From the NCBI GenBank assembly GCA_965222605.1, contig OZ244960.1, positions 2,368,001 to 2,432,000 of the forward strand: a stretch of DNA of 64,000 nucleotides, read 5' to 3'. Each line of letters starts with the position of its first letter. Position 1 is the first letter of the stretch. This document shows positions 21,501 through 30,400 of the stretch, in pieces. The DNA comes from Candidatus Latescibacterota bacterium. GTDB taxonomy: Bacteria > Latescibacterota > UBA2968. The position numbers and the translations under genes are program-made. The notes under the pieces were generated by a model that saw only the letters and a program-made list of their open reading frames with translations, was not told the origin of the DNA and did not search any database.

Positions 21501-21546
21501 TCGCCGCACTGGCCAGGCCAACTGCAAAAATAACAATCCACTTCAT
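18526..21546 (-). CDS. Polysaccharide lyase family 8, chondroitinase ABC-like, secreted
   Basis: Signal peptide MKWIVIFAVGLASAAMA; FTGWRAMW, DQGWADGS, IKPDFLGFHHRGIYASGY, GRYLSYG, GWDWSMWPGTT. Confidence 0.87.
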   Translation of the reverse strand: MKWIVIFAVGLASAAMAQDMPWRYDFEAMGESYEVDAGSEVSLSTRRYKAGQQSLKWTWQNNGRLLFTDPAPGRNKALNGFRAWVYNEEALDEVLTFGFGTESELGANNPRYQFEFGLSFTGWRAMWINLRDDARNRSYKGARNGQVTAFDIRAPNSGTVYLDLMELVERIHPRRSPDAQIPFVNAKRADRSREYRWSLNRLPEPLPAEMTDEEREAFETIVQRYEAWVLGDGVKDDQREPVRIRHDALIDYIKRGHRNLADYKIRREDDRILGKPLFAELSPYTPLFQSVFQGVLLRLVLDYRLNGNEEARDRVIDVFDYLHDQGWADGSGVGAMHHEFLRVAGYAHAVYLMRDILQSRGVLARELASLKWYSMFGELYEDPPMPGANADFLRSVAMYRLLCILMMDDTPEKVADMHRYVAWLNNALSIAPGWLDTIKPDFLGFHHRGIYASGYAPNAFHVASVLVYLLHDTPFAVADDKRDNLKRALLTSRVMANTYDISMAVNGRFPRNTAVATKLLPACMYVALSYAPVDAELSGAFMQLWKPKSQLLIEDLFERVSVRLMYLHTPGAMQMMTDFASAGHASDAPPSGHWTLPYGALSIHRRGEWMVSMKGWSKYVWDFESSGRNNPLGRYLSYGSMLIYASGDPVGREASGIVRDGWDWSMWPGTTAIRLSHEQLKHEGRDRNFSDETFVGGVNLKGQDGVFALKLHDTEHNTSFRAVKTVFCFGDVLICLGSGIENDDGEHATVTPLFQAFISQDRSTGVNGESVLAVPYAFAGTTGQAAWLMDSLGNGYVIPDGEGLRVQREVQVSKDYGRDSGGTGAFELAYLDHGSSPQGASYHYAVLVQRSPDRVRAFANAPEYDVWQQDHEAHIVYHRGLKATGYALFDADARLTDGPIVSVSLPSLVMVREVEDGLLLSVADPDFGWNWEIQTPHRQDGSLIVNQPSMPRKVEVTVRGTWRLDDMYDLVDAKVQSDQTVVAFMCQDSKSVEVKLVRADRGMKKN

Positions 21547-21565
21547 ACGCACACCCCTCTGAATC

Positions 21566-22825
21566 CTATACCGGCGCATCTTCTGGCCTGGGGATATACA
21601 CAAACCAGGCAAAAACGGCAACCAGCAACACCGCTGGAGCCAGCGCGTAAAACGCGGGTGCATAAGTACCAGCAGAGCTAAAAATGGATTCAATAAACAA
21701 CGGTCCTGTTGCAGAAGCCAAAACCGCAAACACCTGTGCCGCACCCTGAATTTTGCCCAAATGAAGACGGCCAAAAATATCTGCCCAGGCCGTAAAAAAA
21801 ATCACCGAAACCACACCCCCGGAAAACCCGAGCAACCCCGCATGTGTTAGCGCTTGCCCCGATGTCTTAAGCTGCGAAAACAAAAGCAAATAAAGACCAA
21901 CCGCCAGCATCGCAACCGTCATCAGCCTGCCCAAAGACCATCGGCGCGCCGCCCACCCCGCTGTAAAATTCCCCAATAATCCCGTCCCCATAAACACCGC
22001 CATCGCGTATTGAAACACCGTCTCATCAAACCCCAACTCGCCCAATATAGACTGATTGAACAGCAGCACACCTGCGATAACCAAATTGTAGAGCGCACTA
22101 CCCACAGCAAAGACATAAAAAGCCGGCGTCATCAGTGCTTGCACGAGCGTAAACCCAATCACCGGATCCTGCGCATCATCATTCGTCACAACCTCGGTAT
22201 CCAGCCCAACCGTCTCCGGATCCCGACGAACAAATAACATACACAAACCGGCCAAAATCATCAGAATCCACCCCAGCCCCGACCACATAACCCGCCAACC
22301 GTGGTTGAGCACAACATCGCCAGCAACAACAATAGCAACCACAAAACCCAGACTCATCAGCACCGCAAAAATACCCATCGCAACGCTCAACCGCCGCACA
22401 AACCATTTGCCAACCATCGTCAAACTAACCACAGACAGCGCGCTTTGCCCCACGCCCCGCATCAAAATCAGCAGAAAAATAAAAACAATACCCGCACTCG
22501 CCACCTGACTAAAACCCAAAACCACCGCGCCCAGAACAAATAGCACCGCCGTCACAACAGCGCGAACCCCAAATCGATCAATGGTCACACCACAGATCAA
22601 ATTGAACAACGCCCCTAAAATGGTCGCCCAGAAATTCATCCCAGCAAAATCGAGCCGGGAAATCCCCAAATCTGCGATCAAAGGCTCTGTAATCAAACCA
22701 ATGCCAACACTTCTGCCCGGCAGCGTCGCCACCATCGCAATCGCCGCAAAAATTAGAACTATCCAACCGTAATAAAACGGCACGCGCGCGGGCAGCGCAT
22801 TGCCAAAAATATTTTTGAAAATCAT
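21566..22825 (-). CDS. MFS transporter
   Basis: About 12 hydrophobic helices; FYYGW start; IDRFGVR motif A; IFGRLHLGKI. Confidence 0.88.
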   Translation of the reverse strand: MIFKNIFGNALPARVPFYYGWIVLIFAAIAMVATLPGRSVGIGLITEPLIADLGISRLDFAGMNFWATILGALFNLICGVTIDRFGVRAVVTAVLFVLGAVVLGFSQVASAGIVFIFLLILMRGVGQSALSVVSLTMVGKWFVRRLSVAMGIFAVLMSLGFVVAIVVAGDVVLNHGWRVMWSGLGWILMILAGLCMLFVRRDPETVGLDTEVVTNDDAQDPVIGFTLVQALMTPAFYVFAVGSALYNLVIAGVLLFNQSILGELGFDETVFQYAMAVFMGTGLLGNFTAGWAARRWSLGRLMTVAMLAVGLYLLLFSQLKTSGQALTHAGLLGFSGGVVSVIFFTAWADIFGRLHLGKIQGAAQVFAVLASATGPLFIESIFSSAGTYAPAFYALAPAVLLVAVFAWFVYIPRPEDAPV

Positions 22826-23643
22826 TCCACGCACGCCCTGAGCTTTGCCAAACCCTCTTCTGCCACCACAACAGAACCCTTCTCCCAATAGCTCGGATTA
22901 AAAAGCTCCAGAGACAACATACCCTCATACCCCACATTTTCAAACCCCGCCACAATTTCTGCCCAGGGCACCAATCCATCCCCCGGATAAACCCGATCGG
23001 CATCTGTTATGGTATCGCGGCCAGGCGATGCCGGATAATCATTCACATGCACCAACCCCAACTTGCCCGGACCCAGATGCTCCAGCCCGTGAAAATGTCC
23101 ACTGCCTTTGTACATATGATACACATCCGCCAGAAGCACCGTGTTGGGACGCCCGCATTCAGCCGCCACCAACAAAGCTTCGCCCAACGTGCCCAGGGTT
23201 TGTGCAACACCCCAAAACTCCAGCAGAGGTTTTGCCTGAAACCCGGCAACCTCATCCATCAACTCACCGTAGCGACGCACCACAGAAAACAAATCGACAT
23301 CCCGGTCTCGAATCCCAAAAGGCGGCGCCGCGACATACGTGCAATTGAGCGCATCGGCCATTTCAAAACAGCGACGCGCCTCTTCCATTCCCTTTGCCCA
23401 CTCCTCATCCTCTGGCACTGACCACTCAAAAAACGCGATCAAATTGACAATCTGAATCCCCCTATCCGCTGCTCTATCGCGTATATCAAACAGCGACCCA
23501 CCCCCCGCAACCCATTCATCAATTTCTGCCACCCACGGTTCAATCCCATCATAACCCGCATCCGCCGCAATATCGATGGCATCAACCACAGAAACACCCT
23601 CATTGCGAATCGTGCTGGTATTCAAACAATACGAAAAACCCAT
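22822..23643 (-). CDS. Sugar phosphate isomerase/epimerase (xylose isomerase-like TIM barrel)
   Basis: AGYDGIEPW, LEF, DVYHM, HVND, RVYPGDG, SLELF. Confidence 0.88.
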   Translation of the reverse strand: MGFSYCLNTSTIRNEGVSVVDAIDIAADAGYDGIEPWVAEIDEWVAGGGSLFDIRDRAADRGIQIVNLIAFFEWSVPEDEEWAKGMEEARRCFEMADALNCTYVAAPPFGIRDRDVDLFSVVRRYGELMDEVAGFQAKPLLEFWGVAQTLGTLGEALLVAAECGRPNTVLLADVYHMYKGSGHFHGLEHLGPGKLGLVHVNDYPASPGRDTITDADRVYPGDGLVPWAEIVAGFENVGYEGMLSLELFNPSYWEKGSVVVAEEGLAKLRACVE

Positions 23644-23654
23644 AACTATTCTCC

Positions 23655-25043
23655 TCAAATACTCGGCAAAGGCGCAGTATCACCCGTCTCGTGCTGCCAC
23701 AAACGAATCGCCGCCGCCATATTGCGGATGCGATCCCGGTGTTCGGGCGCATCGAACAAATTATTCTCCTCAAAAGGATCGGTATTCAAATCGAACAACT
23801 CGCACTGATCGCCCGCACACAAATTCAACTTCCACCGGTCGCCCGTCACAACACAACGCCACGGCAGCGTCGCCACCAAATTGATATCGGGATTCCCCAA
23901 ATTGCGGTCGCCAATCCCATTCCACTCCATAAACGCCATGTGTTCCCTCAAATCGCGGTCACCCGTCAAAGCACCTGCCACACTCTCACCCTGACACTGG
24001 TCTGGAATCGGCAACCCCGCCAGATCCAAAAGCGTCGGGATCAAATCCGCGTGACCGAACACCCCATCCACTCGCGTCTGCTCTGTGCTCAACCACGGCA
24101 CATGCATCAAAAACGGAATCCGCGCCGACTCCTCGTAAAACGCCCGCTTTTCCCACATGCGATGATCGCCCGCCATCTCACCGTGATCACTCGTAAACAC
24201 AAAAATCGTATTCTCCATCTGACCCGTCTCATCCAGAGCCTGCACCATCTTGCCAATGGCGTCATCCACAATTTTCACATTGCCCAAATACTGCGCCCGC
24301 AACTTCCGCCAATTCTCATCCCGCGTCATATCTTCGGCCACAACCCGCGCATCTGTGGTGTTGCGATAAAAATCTGAACGCACCCGGTTAAACAGCGAAT
24401 GCCCCTCTGGATGCTTCAAAAATGTCGGCCCCAACGCTATCTCTTCGGGATCGTACATCCCGTCATAAGGTCCCCGATAAGGCGGATGCGGCTCAAACGT
24501 ACTGGCAACGAGCAGCCATGGACCACCTGTATTCTCTCGAATAAACCGCTCTGACTCCTCGCCCACATAAGCCCCAATCTGCGCGGATGCCGGCATAGCC
24601 GCGCGTTGCTGGGGCGTAAATCTATTGGGCACATCCGGCGCAAAGCCCTGATCCAAAAGCCACTGGTGGTACCCACAGCCATCCGCAATACTGCACCACT
24701 CGTCAAATCCGTGCTGACAGTTGCCATCATCTCCCAAATGCCACTTGCCCACATACCCCTTGCGGTACGTATTGGGCATCATCTCCGCGATGGACAACGT
24801 CTCCTCTCTCAGCGGGATCCCATTGACCACACACCCATGCGAATGCGGATAAAGCCCGGTAATCAGCGACCCCCGCGACGGCGTACAAACCGCCTGCGTC
24901 ACATAAGCATTCTCAAAAACAAAACTGCGCTCGGCCAGCGCGTCATGATGCGGCGACTGAATCCACCCATTGCCATAACACGCCATCGTATCCGTGCGCT
25001 GCTGATCCGTAATCACAACTACAATATTCGGTTGACGGGACAC
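23655..25043 (-). CDS. Sulfatase (FGly-dependent)
   Basis: PNIVVVITDQQR, CTPSR, GKWHLG, TSDHG. Confidence 0.92.
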   Translation of the reverse strand: MSRQPNIVVVITDQQRTDTMACYGNGWIQSPHHDALAERSFVFENAYVTQAVCTPSRGSLITGLYPHSHGCVVNGIPLREETLSIAEMMPNTYRKGYVGKWHLGDDGNCQHGFDEWCSIADGCGYHQWLLDQGFAPDVPNRFTPQQRAAMPASAQIGAYVGEESERFIRENTGGPWLLVASTFEPHPPYRGPYDGMYDPEEIALGPTFLKHPEGHSLFNRVRSDFYRNTTDARVVAEDMTRDENWRKLRAQYLGNVKIVDDAIGKMVQALDETGQMENTIFVFTSDHGEMAGDHRMWEKRAFYEESARIPFLMHVPWLSTEQTRVDGVFGHADLIPTLLDLAGLPIPDQCQGESVAGALTGDRDLREHMAFMEWNGIGDRNLGNPDINLVATLPWRCVVTGDRWKLNLCAGDQCELFDLNTDPFEENNLFDAPEHRDRIRNMAAAIRLWQHETGDTAPLPSI

Positions 25044-25056
25044 TGCGATTCCTCCT

Positions 25057-25141
25057 TGTCTGAATCAGGATGGGCAGGATGAAAGGATGAACAGGATACC
25101 CCCCGCCACACCACACCAAAACTGCCAAACCCCATCCTGTT
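25057..25141. repeat. AGGAT-palindrome copy A (left arm, loop and start of right arm)
   Basis: TGTCTGAATCAGGATGGGCAGGATGAAAGGATGAACAGGAT...TGCCAAACCCCATCCTGTT. Confidence 0.85.
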
Positions 25142-25526
25142 AGTTTCGATCCGGGTGCTTTTTGTCATTGAATATCCGTTTGTACTCCAGCCTTTTTGCC
25201 CCGAAGTTGATTAAAAGGCCAATATCAAAATCATAAGCCACTACATAGTTCTTCGCTTGCGCCAGGTGAACATCCTCCAGAATAGTTAAGGCTTTTAACT
25301 CAACAACGACGCAATTGGCTACGATAAAATCTGCTCTTCTCGTTCCGACTTCAATGCCCTGATAAAAAATGGGTTGCTCCACCTCCCGTCCAAAATCAAT
25401 GCCTGCCTGTTCTAACTCAATCGCAAGACACCTCTGATAAATCACTTCCTGAAATCCATTTCCAAGCGTACTGTGTACTTTCATCGCGCAACCAATGATT
25501 TTATACGTCAAATCATCACTTTTCAC
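25140..25526 (-). CDS. GxxExxY protein (PD-(D/E)xK nuclease fold)
   Basis: LGNGFQEVIYQ, RADFIV...VELK, GLLINFG. Confidence 0.93.
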   Translation of the reverse strand: MKSDDLTYKIIGCAMKVHSTLGNGFQEVIYQRCLAIELEQAGIDFGREVEQPIFYQGIEVGTRRADFIVANCVVVELKALTILEDVHLAQAKNYVVAYDFDIGLLINFGAKRLEYKRIFNDKKHPDRN

Positions 25527-25543
25527 TCTGGCTATCCTCTTAT

Positions 25544-25627
25544 TGTCTGAATCAGGATATACAGGATTTTAGGATGGGCAGGATGCTCCTTGCCATATCC
25601 CGCCAAGCGTGCCAAACCCCATCCTGA
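25544..25627. repeat. AGGAT-palindrome copy B (direct repeat of copy A)
   Basis: TGTCTGAATCAGGATATACAGGATTTTAGGATGGGCAGGAT...TGCCAAACCCCATCCTGA. Confidence 0.85.
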
Positions 25628-25640
25628 TGTTGTGCCCATC

Positions 25641-25677
25641 GAAAAAAAGACCTCGCAAAAATCAGGCGAGATCTTTC
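25641..25677 (-). terminator. Intrinsic terminator of the three-gene cassette
   Basis: Minus strand AAAGATCTCGC-CTGATTTTT-GCGAGGTCTTTTTTT. Confidence 0.7.
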
Positions 25678-25708
25678 GGTAAGGCAATTCAAGCAAAATA
25701 ATCAATGA

Positions 25709-26098
25709 TTATTGTTCTTCATCCTGCTGAACCAAAACCGTATGGCTTGCTATATATTCATCATTTATGAAAACTTCAAACTTGAGTTCTCCGGGTTTTG
25801 CAATCTGCAGATTCACGAATTCCTGAAAAAGACGATGCCGATTCGACTCAATCTTGATATTTGTCGAAAAATTTTTCGGCTTTTCTTTGCCAGGTAAAGA
25901 TACGTGAACTTTCACTTGATAATCTATATCCTCATCTCCGCTTTCATAATTCCAAGCACTTATTACAACTGCTTGGGGTATAACTGCCGGAAATTGATCT
26001 GATCGAAATTCACTTAAAATATTGAACAGACTTAACCTATTTGTCCGCTGATCAACTGAAATACTTTCACTCACGAGGAAATATTCTAACTTTGGCAT
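25709..26098 (-). CDS. DUF6941-like all-beta protein
   Basis: SISVDQRTNRLSLFNI N-terminus and KPGELKFEVFIND C-terminus, recognised as the DUF6941 pattern. Confidence 0.6.
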   Translation of the reverse strand: MPKLEYFLVSESISVDQRTNRLSLFNILSEFRSDQFPAVIPQAVVISAWNYESGDEDIDYQVKVHVSLPGKEKPKNFSTNIKIESNRHRLFQEFVNLQIAKPGELKFEVFINDEYIASHTVLVQQDEEQ

Positions 26099-26581
26099 TT
26101 ACGCAGCCTCGACCGTGTGATAGTTTATAGTTCTTTCTCGTGCTTTAAAAGTATCCCCATAGACATTGAACGCTTCTACAGAGGAAACAGAAAATGTGCG
26201 ATAGATATTATTAGTGCTTTGCTGGCGTCTTTGTACACAAAATTTCGCTACTCGGATACTCAAAGGCATCTCCGATAGCTCCAGGTTAGCCAGCGTGGTG
26301 AGATACTCTTCAGCAAAAGGCGTGTTAAAAGGCTCCAGAGCAATTGCTACCAACGATAATGTTATATCATAGGAAAATTTTTCACCAGACACAAATTTTT
26401 CCAGTAAACTCTGTATATATCTGTGCAATTCTGCCTCGGATAAATTCCCACTCCAATATGCATCTCGAAGTTGCTTGCACTCTTCGGTCCGTACAAGAAT
26501 ATATCGCATCGCTTTGGGTGGCATTTCATAGCCAATAGAAAAAATGAAGTCATCAGACTTTATTTTTTGTAGCAAATTCAT
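26099..26581 (-). CDS. Hypothetical alpha-helical protein
   Basis: GAGGAG RBS before ATG 26581; stop directly abuts the next start (TAA-ATG); AT-rich. Confidence 0.7.
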   Translation of the reverse strand: MNLLQKIKSDDFIFSIGYEMPPKAMRYILVRTEECKQLRDAYWSGNLSEAELHRYIQSLLEKFVSGEKFSYDITLSLVAIALEPFNTPFAEEYLTTLANLELSEMPLSIRVAKFCVQRRQQSTNNIYRTFSVSSVEAFNVYGDTFKARERTINYHTVEAA

Positions 26582-26592
26582 TGGAATACTCC

Positions 26593-27120
26593 TCAAAGGG
26601 TTCGGTCTGTCCAATACCTCAGTTGAAAATCAGTGAAATGATCTCGAAAGGGCACGTCCCCTGGGAAATGGATATACTCTCCAGATGCATCATCCCATTT
26701 GCTTAGTATTCTAGGGATCGGTCTTCCTGTTGGTAAAATACCCGGTTCGAGAGATAAAACCTGACCTACATGAATGTATCCGACTTCACTATGTGAATAA
26801 ATGGCAAGATCCCCAGGCATCGGCGATTCACTGCCATTTAATTCACGGTACTCATCATCTTGGTAAATTTTATCCCACTCAGGGTCATCGTAAATAGCTG
26901 TTCTCCGACTGGCCCAAACAAGGCCAGCACAATTATATATACCACAAGGTCCAATACGTTTTATCCACTTGGCTCTAAATTTATTTAACCATACCTGTTC
27001 ACGGGCTAATGATTGTTGTGCTGGAGGAGGGGCAACTTCATTCTTGATATGTTGTCCTGCCCGAGTATCGAGACGGAGACTCTGCCTATTTTGACCAATT
27101 AATCTCTGCACATCAAACAT
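26593..27120 (-). CDS. Putative papain/NlpC-P60-like cysteine peptidase
   Basis: YNCAGLVW (Cys) ... PGDLAIY ... IHVGQV (His) ... SKW. Confidence 0.6.
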   Translation of the reverse strand: MFDVQRLIGQNRQSLRLDTRAGQHIKNEVAPPPAQQSLAREQVWLNKFRAKWIKRIGPCGIYNCAGLVWASRRTAIYDDPEWDKIYQDDEYRELNGSESPMPGDLAIYSHSEVGYIHVGQVLSLEPGILPTGRPIPRILSKWDDASGEYIHFPGDVPFRDHFTDFQLRYWTDRTL

Positions 27121-27297
27121 AATATCATTGTATTATATGATTTTCAAAATCTCTCACATGATCTTAAGAAGAGAGGACCCAATTTAAAACTCCATTATTC
27201 AAGATACCGTCACAGGGAATAGATATCAAGGGGAAATTCTCCAATATCTGTTATCTAGCTATTCCTGGTGCGAGTCTATTTTCACATTAGCACTCGC

Positions 27298-27426
27298 CAT
27301 CCTGTTCATTCTTCATACTCGGTAAACTGGCTTGGGGAACAGCCAGTTGTACACCACCGCTCCGATGTACTGTATGGGTATGGCTACACCATGCTGCGCG
27401 TGCGCCTACCCATCCTGATCCAGACA
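27298..27426. repeat. AGGAT-palindrome copy C (right arm) interrupted by other REP-like hairpins
   Basis: CATCCTGTTCATTCTT ... CCCATCCTGATCCAGACA; internal GTAAACTGGCT-N8-AGCCAGTTGTAC. Confidence 0.75.
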
Positions 27427-27434
27427 GTTTCCAC

Positions 27435-30400
27435 TTAAATGTCCAAAAAACCGTGGTACCCAGCACTCAAAAGGGTTTCTTGCGCACGCTCCGCATTCTT
27501 GTACACGCTTTCATCCTCGCTGTTCAGACCTGCCTTCAGAATGGGCTTGGCTTTGTCTGCGTCAATGTAAATTCTGCCACTCTGATCAATCGAATCAGTA
27601 ATTTTTGCGAAGCATTCAACGACTTTCGCAGTATGGCTTTCGAGCATTTCGTTCAGCATGTCCAACCCGAAAAAAATACTCCGGCTATCCGGCTGGCTTA
27701 CATCAAGAATTTTAGAGTAAGCATCTAATCGCCAATCAGGGTCAAGACATTCCGCTTCCAGCCAAAATGTGAACAATTGCAGTTCTTCTGGTTCCTTAAC
27801 TTCAAATCGCCAGTCAAAAAAAGCGACTATGCGATCTCTCAAGTCTTCCCCCAGATGCTTTCCGCTATTTTTCAGAGAACTCCCGACATGATCGAATAAG
27901 CGTGTCCACCGTTGCTTGTCATCTGTGGTTTTCTCGTAAAATCTTTCCAGCAGACTATCTTCGCTCTTGAGTGGATAAACTTCCCACAAATAATAGGAAA
28001 AAAGATGTTCTCCCAGCGTATCGGGAATTTCCCTAATTGAGTGCTTTCTCCCTTTCAGGTCGGCCAAATGGTCAAGTGCAAGTGCAAAATCCTCTCTCAA
28101 AATTTCAAAGGTTGGCTTAAATGGACCATTGAAGCGCAAGAAACTTCCAAATGCCTCTACCCATACGGATAGATTATCTTGAGGGAAAAAGACCGCTTTG
28201 TGTTCAACTGCCCATGTTTGATTCAGGTCCCAAAGTTGAACGTAATACATGCCTAATATCGCACGTTCCGGCATTGTCAGAGGGTAATACGCTTCAGCCT
28301 TAAAACGCGCTTCAAGTATTGAGGTAACTTCTGGCACCTTATCCTTATCATCGTGCCTCCGTACCCATAAACTGAACTTCACAAGGTCTTGCAAAGCGCG
28401 GCTGCGAGTGTTATTGATCGCCTCGGTAATTTGATCGTTATGGCTCAGTAAGGTCGGCTCATTGAGATCTAATTGCCTGTCAAATTGTGTGCATAACAGT
28501 CTAAGGATATTTGCCAGTAATTCCCTTGCAGTGAATGGAACATTCATATCCTCTTTGAGACACTCACCAATGAAATCTCCCACTGCTCGCCGGGAACTTC
28601 CCCAGTCTGGCTGTTCCCGTGACTCATCGCCCCTTTCTCCTTGATCCCTTTTTATGTCGGGATGCGATAGCACCCACTCGCAGAATTCAAACCATAGATC
28701 AAGCCGCTCATAATGTTGCTCTTTTACATGCTCCTGAACTGCCAAGACAATTGCCTTAACATAAATTGGCCGCTTGATCCGATCACGGTTTTTCAGCCAG
28801 AATGTCAATCGTTTCTCATTAGGAATGATCGTATCTTTGAACGCCGTTTGAAAGGTCAAGGCAAGTGCTCTGATATTAATTGATTCATTTTGTTCAAAGT
28901 CATAGCGTGCCTCTTGCCATTCATTGATATAGTGGAGTAATTCTTCATCCGGAAAGTTTGTAAGGTCTTCTACTGATCTCGGGCTACTATAGGACACAAT
29001 TCCGCCTTTTGACTTCCCAATTGGTGAATAGTCTTCATCGGAAAGAGGCTTTTCGCCGGAAGTGTTTTCCAGTTCTCGGAAATAGTTTTGATATTCTCCA
29101 GTCTGCAAGTGTTCAAATGGTCGGAGTTGCATTCTGTGAAAATAACGTTGTCGTTGCTGGAATCCCTCCTCAGTGAACCGCTCTCCCATCCATTCTCGGA
29201 AATCTTCTCTCGAGGGTCCGCTCAGAATGGCGTCAAATATCGTCGTTCGTTCTCTCTTGCTAAGCAGGCTTGCGCCAAAGTGCTCGCAAGCCTTGCGAAT
29301 CATGAGTTGAAACTCGTAATCATGTTCCCATTTGGCATAGTCTTTGTGTTCGAGGATGAACTCGTGAATCCATGGCCTAGTCTGTTCGTTTGGATACAGC
29401 GCGTATAGATGTTGGCGAAGACGTTTAAATATTTTCCAGTGCTGATTGCGTAGAGCGTTGTCCAAGATTGCGATTGACTCCGGTGCCTTTTTGAATATCT
29501 CCTCGCAGGCAAAAGTCAAGGTATGAACAAGCGTTTCTTCGGACTCGCTGTAGTCACTATCATCTAATTCATTGAGACGCCAGCACCAGATTTCGGAGTA
29601 ATCTTCATCTCCTTCTTTATCGAGGTCTTCTCGATGCTTGCTCAGACGAATCATGCTTGCCGTGGCATTAATAAGCATGCGAGCTATTTGATATGGCTCT
29701 TGATCGCATAGAGGACGTATGCCATTTTCGAGAATCTGCTGGTATTCCCATTGATCAAAAAGAGGCGATGGTTTAAGCTCTGTTGTCCAATCCTTTGGGT
29801 TCTCCAATCGACGTGCTTGCTTTTCCCCAGACATAGGATCAGCTCTGAACGAAACAGCGATTTTAGAAAGTTCCAAAGCCGCCTTTATTGAATCTTTTGA
29901 TCCTCCTATCCAATGGTTTACAATCTTAGCAATCAAATCATACAGGCTAATCTGTTTATGAGGCGATTTGATGTATCTTGTGAACCGGGGCTTGAGTTTC
30001 AGTGATAGCTCAATGTTCTCTATATCACACGCTATCTCACAGATTTCTTGCAAAACACGAGGATTGTCCGTTTCTGGAATATCAGCAAGAATGTCCACGA
30101 CCTGCTCTGGGACATTGTTCGCGACTCGTTTCAGATATGAAAGAGGCGACCAGAATGGATAGATCACGTACCCATCATCGGTAGGCTTAACGTTTGGTGG
30201 TGTATTAAAGAAGCCCTGATCTTTCAGTATTGGAATCCACACTGGGTTTTCTACGTATTCGAAGAAGAACCTGTAATTTGCTCCTCTGCGCGTTATTAAT
30301 TCCAACATAGAATTTATGTCGTCTTCAGTGGGTGCGGGCTTCTCAAGTATGGTCCTGATTTCTTGTTGATTCTGCGCTGTGATGGGAGCAAGCAGGTCGA

